Below the pieces are notes generated by a model that searched no databases, had not been told where the DNA came from, and saw only the letters and a program-made list of their open reading frames with translations. Source: Escherichia coli (GTDB lineage: Bacteria > Pseudomonadota > Gammaproteobacteria > Enterobacterales > Enterobacteriaceae). From it: DNA of 64,000 nucleotides. Below, piece after piece: positions 56,969 through 64,000 of the stretch; position 1 is the first letter of the stretch, and each line of letters opens with the position of its first letter. A program made the position numbers and the translations under genes. The stretch lies in the NCBI RefSeq assembly GCF_051903065.1, contig NZ_CP178438.1; one strand, 5' to 3'.

Positions 56969-58300
56969 GTGGTAAAGGAACGTAAAACCGAGCTGGTCGA
57001 GGGATTCCGCCATTCGGTTCCCTATATCAATACCCACCGGGGAAAAACGTTTGTCATCATGCTCGGCGGTGAAGCCATTGAGCATGAGAATTTCTCCAGT
57101 ATCGTTAATGATATCGGGTTGTTGCACAGCCTCGGCATCCGTCTGGTGGTGGTCTATGGCGCACGTCCGCAGATCGACGCAAATCTGGCTGCGCATCACC
57201 ACGAACCGCTGTATCACAAGAATATACGTGTGACCGACGCCAAAACACTGGAACTGGTGAAGCAGGCTGCGGGAACATTGCAACTGGATATTACTGCTCG
57301 CCTGTCGATGAGTCTCAATAACACGCCGCTGCAGGGCGCGCATATCAACGTCGTCAGTGGCAATTTTATTATTGCCCAGCCGCTGGGCGTCGATGACGGC
57401 GTGGATTACTGCCATAGCGGGCGTATCCGGCGGATTGATGAAGACGCGATCCATCGTCAACTGGACAGCGGTGCAATAGTGCTAATGGGGCCGGTCGCTG
57501 TTTCAGTCACTGGCGAGAGCTTTAATCTGACCTCGGAAGAGATTGCTACTCAACTGGCCATCAAACTGAAAGCTGAAAAGATGATTGGTTTTTGCTCTTC
57601 CCAGGGCGTCACTAATGACGACGGTGATATTGTCTCCGAACTTTTCCCTAACGAAGCGCAATCGCGGGTAGAAGCCCAGGAAGAGAAAGGCGATTACAAC
57701 TCCGGTACGGTGCGCTTTTTGCGTGGCGCAGTGAAAGCCTGCCGCAGCGGCGTGCGTCGCTGTCATTTAATCAGTTATCAGGAAGATGGCGCGCTGTTGC
57801 AAGAGTTGTTCTCACGCGACGGTATCGGTACGCAGATTGTGATGGAAAGCGCCGAGCAGATTCGTCGCGCAACAATCAACGATATTGGCGGTATTCTGGA
57901 GTTGATTCGCCCACTGGAGCAGCAAGGTATTCTGGTACGCCGTTCTCGCGAGCAGCTGGAGATGGAAATCGATAAATTCACTATTATTCAGCGCGATAAC
58001 ACGACTATTGCCTGCGCCGCGCTCTATCCGTTCCCGGAAGAGAAGATTGGGGAAATGGCCTGTGTGGCTGTTCACCCGGATTACCGCAGCTCATCACGGG
58101 GCGAGGTTCTGCTGGAACGCATTGCCGCTCAGGCGAAGCAGAGCGGCTTAAGCAAATTGTTTGTGCTGACCACGCGCAGTATTCACTGGTTCCAGGAACG
58201 TGGATTTACCCCAGTGGATATTGATTTACTGCCCGAGAGCAAAAAGCAGTTGTACAACTACCAGCGTAAATCCAAAGTGTTGATGGCGGATTTGGGGTAA
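56969..58300 (+). CDS. argA: N-acetylglutamate synthase
   Basis: GTG start ([36 protein letters not shown]...), amino-acid kinase fold plus GNAT domain; ARG-box-like AT-rich repeats upstream (about 56906-56960). Confidence 0.93.
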   Translation: MVKERKTELVEGFRHSVPYINTHRGKTFVIMLGGEAIEHENFSSIVNDIGLLHSLGIRLVVVYGARPQIDANLAAHHHEPLYHKNIRVTDAKTLELVKQAAGTLQLDITARLSMSLNNTPLQGAHINVVSGNFIIAQPLGVDDGVDYCHSGRIRRIDEDAIHRQLDSGAIVLMGPVAVSVTGESFNLTSEEIATQLAIKLKAEKMIGFCSSQGVTNDDGDIVSELFPNEAQSRVEAQEEKGDYNSGTVRFLRGAVKACRSGVRRCHLISYQEDGALLQELFSRDGIGTQIVMESAEQIRRATINDIGGILELIRPLEQQGILVRRSREQLEMEIDKFTIIQRDNTTIACAALYPFPEEKIGEMACVAVHPDYRSSSRGEVLLERIAAQAKQSGLSKLFVLTTRSIHWFQERGFTPVDIDLLPESKKQLYNYQRKSKVLMADLG

Positions 58301-58361
58301 GCGACGAAAATCGCCGGATGCGGCAGGCGTAACACTCGTACGTCGCATCCGGCAATTACGT

Positions 58362-60188
58362 TTATTCCCGTGAACTAAACAACGCCGCCAGACCACTGCG
58401 CCGCTCAGTACGAGTGGCGATTGCCGCACTTAATATGCGCTCATCGGCATACAGCGACAGACGGCGACGCGCGCGGGTCACCGCGGTATAAACCAGCTCT
58501 CGCGTTACTACCGGCGTGCGTTGGCTCGGCAAAATCAACGCCGCATGGTCGAACTCCGAACCCTGCGATTTATGTACCGTCATCGCCCACGTAGTTTCGT
58601 GCTCTGGCAAACGACTCGGTTGCACAGACTTAATATTGCCGTCCGGCATCGCAAACCAGACGCGCGTCCCCTGCCCGCGATCCAGCGCAATACCGATATC
58701 GCCATTAAACAACCCAAGCGCGCTGTCATTACGGGCAATCATCACCGGTCGGCCTTCGTACCAACGAGAGTGCGGATTACGATGAATTTTGCGCTTCTGT
58801 TGCATAAACTGCTCAATTCGCTCATTCAGTCCAGCCACGCCAAATGGCCCTTCCCGCAGGGCGCACAAAAGTTGGTACTCATTGAACGCCTGAATGATTA
58901 AATCCGGCTCGGCACGCGCTTGCAGCAGATCCAGATAACGTCCATAACCCGCAAGAGCTTCCTCAAGCATCGCAATATAATCTTCGCCGCTCTGTAAAAG
59001 CCGTTTTTCGATATCAGTAAAATCCTGCTGAAAAACGGTTTTCACTGCCGTTTTATCACCACGGTTGATCGCCGCAGCTAACTGACCAATGCCAGAATCG
59101 CTGCCGAAACGATAGCTTTTTTGCAGCAGGCAGAGACTGTCGCGCAAAGATGCCGCTTCTGTGCCAGTTCCTGCCGGAACGTGAGTTCCCGTCAGGCGGC
59201 TTAGCTGCCTGGCACGCTCGGCGGTAAAGCCCGCGTTGGCATAAGCGCAGATATCGCCCAGCACAGCCCCAGCCTCAACCGAGGCCAGTTGATCACGATC
59301 GCCGAGAAAGATCACTCGCGCATGATCGGGCAAGGCGTCGATCAGTCTCGACATCATAGGCAGATCGATCATTGACGCTTCATCTACCACCAGCACATCA
59401 AGATGCAGCGGGTTACCGGCATGATGACGTAAACGCTGGCTACCCGGCTGCGCGCCCAGCAATCGGTGCAAAGTGCTGGCATCTTCCGGAATGCGTTTCT
59501 TTTGTTCATCGGTCAGCGGTAACTGTCGCAAAGCCTTGCCGAGAGATTCGGTTAAGCGCGCGGCAGCTTTACCCGTTGGTGCAGCCAGACGGATACGGCA
59601 GCGTTCGCCGTCGGCCATTTGAATTAACGCTGCCAGCAACTTCGCCACGGTGGTCGTTTTACCGGTGCCAGGGCCGCCGGAAATCACCGAGATCCGCCGC
59701 GTCAGCGCCACTGCCGCTGCAACTTTTTGCCAGTTAATTTCATCGCTTACTGGGAAAAGTTTGTCCAGGGTTTGCGCCAGTAGAGCTTCATCAACCTCGA
59801 TGGCATGATTCACCTCATTGAAGAAGCGCGCTACCGTCCGCTCGTTACACCACATGCGATTCAAATAAAGACGATCGCCACAGAGGATCATCGGCGTTGG
59901 TTCATCTCCCCGGCTGACCGCTTGTGAAGCCAACAAGCATTCTTCCCAATTTTGTAGCTCACCGATTTCACTGACACAGGTCGCCAACAGCGGATGCGAC
60001 TCCTCGTTATTTTCCAGTCGTGAAAGCGGCAAACAAACGTGTCCCTCTCCGGCATCATGACTTAATAGTGCCGCCGCGAGTGTGACGGCAGGATGTTCAT
60101 CTCCCGCCACGATCAGGGCAAACTGCACGTCCAGCGGGCGTAGCTGTTTGTGCTCCACAGCTTCCAGTAATTGCTTTTGCAATTTCAT
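58362..60188 (-). CDS. recD: Exodeoxyribonuclease V alpha subunit (RecD helicase)
   Basis: 608 aa with Walker [10 protein letters not shown]; start overlaps the recB stop (TAATG). Confidence 0.96.
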   Translation of the reverse strand: MKLQKQLLEAVEHKQLRPLDVQFALIVAGDEHPAVTLAAALLSHDAGEGHVCLPLSRLENNEESHPLLATCVSEIGELQNWEECLLASQAVSRGDEPTPMILCGDRLYLNRMWCNERTVARFFNEVNHAIEVDEALLAQTLDKLFPVSDEINWQKVAAAVALTRRISVISGGPGTGKTTTVAKLLAALIQMADGERCRIRLAAPTGKAAARLTESLGKALRQLPLTDEQKKRIPEDASTLHRLLGAQPGSQRLRHHAGNPLHLDVLVVDEASMIDLPMMSRLIDALPDHARVIFLGDRDQLASVEAGAVLGDICAYANAGFTAERARQLSRLTGTHVPAGTGTEAASLRDSLCLLQKSYRFGSDSGIGQLAAAINRGDKTAVKTVFQQDFTDIEKRLLQSGEDYIAMLEEALAGYGRYLDLLQARAEPDLIIQAFNEYQLLCALREGPFGVAGLNERIEQFMQQKRKIHRNPHSRWYEGRPVMIARNDSALGLFNGDIGIALDRGQGTRVWFAMPDGNIKSVQPSRLPEHETTWAMTVHKSQGSEFDHAALILPSQRTPVVTRELVYTAVTRARRRLSLYADERILSAAIATRTERRSGLAALFSSRE

Positions 60189-63100
60189 TACGCCTCCTCC
60201 AGGGTCATACCGGCAAACATCTCATCCATCAGGGCAATCAACCCGGCGTTGGGTCGGGTTGTGTAAATCCCCTGTTGCGGATGTTCTTTATCAACGCCAC
60301 GCAGGAACAGATAAATAACGCCGCCAAAGTGGCGCTCATAGTCGTAATCAGCAATGCGATGGCGCAGATAACGATGCAGCGCCAGGGTATAAAGCTGATA
60401 TTGCAGATCATAGCGGTGTGCCTGCATTGCCGCTACCATAGCCTGTTGGGTGTAAGCCGAACTGTCTTCACCCAACCAGTTGGATTTATAGTCGAGCAGG
60501 TAATAACGCCCTTCGTGGCGGAACACCAGGTCGATAAAGCCTTTTAACATGCCACGTACCTGCATGAACTCCAGCGGCGGGCAGCCTGCGGATAGCGGGT
60601 CAAACTGGCGGATTAACGTATCAAGCTGACTGGCGATAAGCGGTTCACTAATCGGCAGATAAAACTCCATCTCCACCTGTTTATTGCGGGCGGAAAGTTG
60701 ACTCAGGCTTACGCCGGTTTCATTGAGAGGTGCCTGGAGGACAGCCGTGATCCACTCGGTCAATACCGGTTCCCACTGCGATTCAAAGCCGCCGAGTTCC
60801 AGTTTTTCCCGCACCCAGTTCGGGTCAACCGGCTGGGTAAAATCCAGGTCTTCAAACAAACTGTGCAAGAACGTCCCCGGTGACGCACCGCGCGGAAACT
60901 GATGTGGTGTTAACGTCGGTTCTTCAACGACGCTGGCAACGCCTGCAGCATCGACATCCAGCCGAGGCATCAAATCCTGGGCGATACCGTGACCCCGCTG
61001 CTGCAAGCCGGAGTAGCTGGTGACACGCCAGTTATCGCCGGGCAATCGTTGTAACGTCTTCGCATTCAGCTCTGCTGTAGAAACATCATTAACCTGCCAG
61101 GGTTGGTTATCACCAGTTTGTGCCGTTTGCCAGGCAATATCATCATCGCATAACGCTTCAATACAGGTGCGAAGCCCTGCCGCATCTTGCGGTTCCCCTT
61201 TTTGCAGCAAACGCCCGAGCGCACTTTGGTGGACGTCGGTGTCACCTTTTTTATCGCCACGACGGCGCACCAGCGGTGCAACGCCGAGACTACAATGCCA
61301 AACCGAACGCGTCAGCGCCACGTAAAGCAAACGCAGATCTTCCGCCAGACGTTCGGCCTCCGCGAGATCGACACTTTCTGGCGCAGCGTTAAGATCCAGA
61401 ACAGCCTCAAACGAGTGGCGATCGTGATAAAACGCCTGATCCTGGACGCGGAAATTGGTAATAAATGGCAACCAGACAAGCGAATATTCCAGCCCTTTTG
61501 ATTTATGGATCGTGACAATCTGCACCAGATGTTTATCACTTTCGAGGCGCATTTGTTGGCTGGAGGCATTACTGTCTGGCTCGAGGATATGTTGCGATAA
61601 CCAGCGTACCAGCGCATGTTCACTTTCCAGCTGCGTTCCGGCTTCTTGTAGCAGTTCGCTGATATGCAAGATATCGGTAAGACGCCGCTCACCGCCTGCC
61701 GTTGCCAGCAAGTTTTCTGCAATGTTACGCGCCGACATCAGCGCCCGCAGCATCGGCATAACGCCACGTTTGCGCCAGATTTGCCGATAACCATCGAACT
61801 CTTCGACCACCGCGTCCCACGCATGTTCGTCATTATTCAGCGTTTCGATATCCAGCGCGTTCAGCCCCATCATTGACGTTGCCAGCGCACTACGCAGGGT
61901 GTTCTCACGTTCGGGCGTCATCACCGCCTGCAACAACCAAAGCATTTCTTGCGCTTCCAGAGTTTCAAAAACACTGTCGCGGTTCGAAAGGTAAACGGAA
62001 GGGATTTCCAGCAACGTTAAGGCATCGCGCACCTGGGCAGCCTCCTGGCGGCTGCGCACCAGCACACTGATGTCCGAAGCACGCACCGGACGCGCGTCGT
62101 CGCCGTTCATCAGCAACGCTTCGCCCCGCTGTCCGGCTTGTAGCCAGTCGCGGATTTGCGCAGCACATACCTGCGCCATGGTACTTTGATAGTCGCCAAC
62201 GCCGCAGCTTTCGCCTTCCATCAGCCACATTTTCATCGCAGGCTGCGTTTCACCTTTAAATACAAAACGTAACGCCTGATTTTTCCCGGCTGATTTCACT
62301 GGAATAAACGGTATTTCGCGAAACATGAACGCGTCATCAGTCTGGCTGAAAAGCTTGTTCACGCTGTTCACCATTCCTGGTGCGGAACGCCAGTTGGTGT
62401 CTAAAGTGTAGTGGGCGTGAACTTCGCTACGCGCCTTCATATAAGTGAAGATATCCGCACCCCGGAATGCATATATGGCCTGCTTCGGGTCGCCAATTAG
62501 CAACAATGCGGTTTCCGGCTGATGGTGCCAGATACGGCGAAAAATTCGGTACTGCTGGGGGTCGGTATCCTGAAATTCATCGATCATTGCCACCGGGAAT
62601 CGCGTACGGATCGCCGCTGCCAACACCTCACCGCTTTCGCTACGCAGCGCGGAATCGAGCCGACTTAACATGTCATCAAAACCCAATTCGCCACGGCGGC
62701 GTTTTTCACGCGCTACTGTTTCGCGGATCTCAGCCAATGCGCGGGTGATCACCAGATCGCGGATCGACAATGGTTCTGCAAGCAGTTGATCGATCGCCTC
62801 AAACAGTGGATGTCGCGGGGTTTCCCCCCCGGCCTTCGTGCGATCTTCTAAGAAACGCTGGGAGAATTTTTCCAGCGACTCCGGCAACTGATAACTGTTT
62901 GTCTCTTCTTCTGCCCAGGCGCTGATCTTGTCGATCCATTTAGCCTGATTGCTACGGTTAAACTTGCGTCGATCAATACCAGAAGATTCGATCAGCGCAT
63001 CCAGTTCACCCACTGCGTCGCGCCACTGCTGTTTTACCGTATCAATACGCGCCACAATTTGCGCGTGACGGGAAGCCAGCGTTTCATCATCGGGCGGCGG

Positions 63101-63730
63101 TGCTTTGATAACCGGCGCTTCGCCTTGCAGATAACGATTAATATCGCGCAGCAACGCCTGCGGCCCTTTCCAGGTTTCAAAGACGACCTGGGCTATTTCA
63201 CGCGGCAGCGGGTAGCAGTGGCGACGCCAGAAATCGGCGCAGGCTTGGTAGCGTAGCAGAGACTCATCTTCAATCAGCTGCTGCTCAAACAGCATGCCGG
63301 ATTCAAAGGCATTCAGGTTGAGCATGCGCTGGCAAAAGCCGTGAATAGTAAAGACTGCCGCTTCATCCATCTGCCGTTCGGCTAACAACAACCACTGCGC
63401 GGCTTGCGCTTTATCGTCGATCTCTTCCAGCAGACGTTCGTACAGTGGATTGTCGGTGGTTTCACGCAGACAGGCGATGCGCAACTCGTGGATATTGCTA
63501 CGGATACGACCGCGCAATTCTGCCGTGGCAGCCTCGGTAAAGGTGACCACCAGCAGTTCTTCAACGGTCAGCGGGCGGGGAAAGGCGGCGGAACCGCCTA
63601 GTCCAAGTAACAGGCGCAAATAGAGCGCCGCAATCGTAAAGGTTTTGCCTGTGCCGGCAGAGGCTTCAATCAGGCGCTCGCCCTGTAAGGGCAAGCGCAA
63701 AGGATCTAGTGTCTCGGCGACATCACTCAT
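60188..63730 (-). CDS. recB: Exodeoxyribonuclease V beta subunit (RecB helicase-nuclease)
   Basis: Start at [31 protein letters not shown] (UvrD-type helicase motif I); about 1180 aa. Confidence 0.96.
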   Translation of the reverse strand: MSDVAETLDPLRLPLQGERLIEASAGTGKTFTIAALYLRLLLGLGGSAAFPRPLTVEELLVVTFTEAATAELRGRIRSNIHELRIACLRETTDNPLYERLLEEIDDKAQAAQWLLLAERQMDEAAVFTIHGFCQRMLNLNAFESGMLFEQQLIEDESLLRYQACADFWRRHCYPLPREIAQVVFETWKGPQALLRDINRYLQGEAPVIKAPPPDDETLASRHAQIVARIDTVKQQWRDAVGELDALIESSGIDRRKFNRSNQAKWIDKISAWAEEETNSYQLPESLEKFSQRFLEDRTKAGGETPRHPLFEAIDQLLAEPLSIRDLVITRALAEIRETVAREKRRRGELGFDDMLSRLDSALRSESGEVLAAAIRTRFPVAMIDEFQDTDPQQYRIFRRIWHHQPETALLLIGDPKQAIYAFRGADIFTYMKARSEVHAHYTLDTNWRSAPGMVNSVNKLFSQTDDAFMFREIPFIPVKSAGKNQALRFVFKGETQPAMKMWLMEGESCGVGDYQSTMAQVCAAQIRDWLQAGQRGEALLMNGDDARPVRASDISVLVRSRQEAAQVRDALTLLEIPSVYLSNRDSVFETLEAQEMLWLLQAVMTPERENTLRSALATSMMGLNALDIETLNNDEHAWDAVVEEFDGYRQIWRKRGVMPMLRALMSARNIAENLLATAGGERRLTDILHISELLQEAGTQLESEHALVRWLSQHILEPDSNASSQQMRLESDKHLVQIVTIHKSKGLEYSLVWLPFITNFRVQDQAFYHDRHSFEAVLDLNAAPESVDLAEAERLAEDLRLLYVALTRSVWHCSLGVAPLVRRRGDKKGDTDVHQSALGRLLQKGEPQDAAGLRTCIEALCDDDIAWQTAQTGDNQPWQVNDVSTAELNAKTLQRLPGDNWRVTSYSGLQQRGHGIAQDLMPRLDVDAAGVASVVEEPTLTPHQFPRGASPGTFLHSLFEDLDFTQPVDPNWVREKLELGGFESQWEPVLTEWITAVLQAPLNETGVSLSQLSARNKQVEMEFYLPISEPLIASQLDTLIRQFDPLSAGCPPLEFMQVRGMLKGFIDLVFRHEGRYYLLDYKSNWLGEDSSAYTQQAMVAAMQAHRYDLQYQLYTLALHRYLRHRIADYDYERHFGGVIYLFLRGVDKEHPQQGIYTTRPNAGLIALMDEMFAGMTLEEA

Positions 63731-64000
63731 TCTTTTCACTCATCAGGGGCATTGTTTGCTGCAACGCGCTGACGTTCTCCCACACTTTCCAGCCTTCAGG
63801 ATGCACATATTCGGCTTTCCCGTTCTGGCTGCCGGAAATCTGCGACAGAATAGCCATGCCTTGCGGCTCGACCACCGCCTGATGGAAGAAATCAGCAAGT
63901 TTTTGCGGCGTCAGCAGTTTTATCTGGGCCACGATTTTATCACGCGAATCGAAGCGCATATTGCCGCGATCGAAATCTTTACTTAACTTCGATGCTTCTT
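63723..64000 (-). CDS. ptrA: Protease III (pitrilysin), C-terminal end only (5' part lies beyond the window end)
   Basis: C-terminal peptide ...[76 protein letters not shown]; stop overlaps the recB start. Confidence 0.85.
   Translation of the reverse strand, partial: EASKLSKDFDRGNMRFDSRDKIVAQIKLLTPQKLADFFHQAVVEPQGMAILSQISGSQNGKAEYVHPEGWKVWENVSALQQTMPLMSEKNE

Overview
This window reads as an Escherichia coli-type chromosomal segment, syntenic with the K-12 interval ygcR to recB/ptrA. I found no complete, clearly novel defence or other system; the most under-described content is a lemA plus three tandem TPM (YgcG-like) membrane-protein genes between queE and eno, and the poorly characterised ygc catabolic cluster at the left end. 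All identifications rest on reading the sequence and the ORF track against remembered protein, RNA and repeat sequences; nothing was searched against a database.

The window holds about 60 protein genes, almost all recognisable housekeeping or catabolic genes: ygcR/S/U/W, yqcE, ygcE, queE, eno, pyrG, mazG, mazEF, relA, rlmD, barA, gudDXP, yqcA, truC, yqcC, syd, queF, ppnN, sdaCB, xni, the fuc regulon, rlmM, ygdD, gcvA, ygdI, csdAE, tcdA, mltA, amiC, argA, recD, recB and the 3' end of ptrA. RNA genes are csrB, gcvB and three tandem initiator tRNA-Met copies.

Non-core or strain-variable content:
- A 10-repeat, 9-spacer CRISPR array with type I-E repeats (8977-9554), with its conserved leader on the queE side.
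- A degenerate 3-repeat mini-array next to ygcE (7320-7457).
- A 1057-bp IS903-family insertion with perfect 18-bp terminal inverted repeats and an intact 9-bp target-site duplication, sitting between the two arrays (7520-8576).
- The lemA/TPM cluster (10737-14308).

No cas genes are present in the window.
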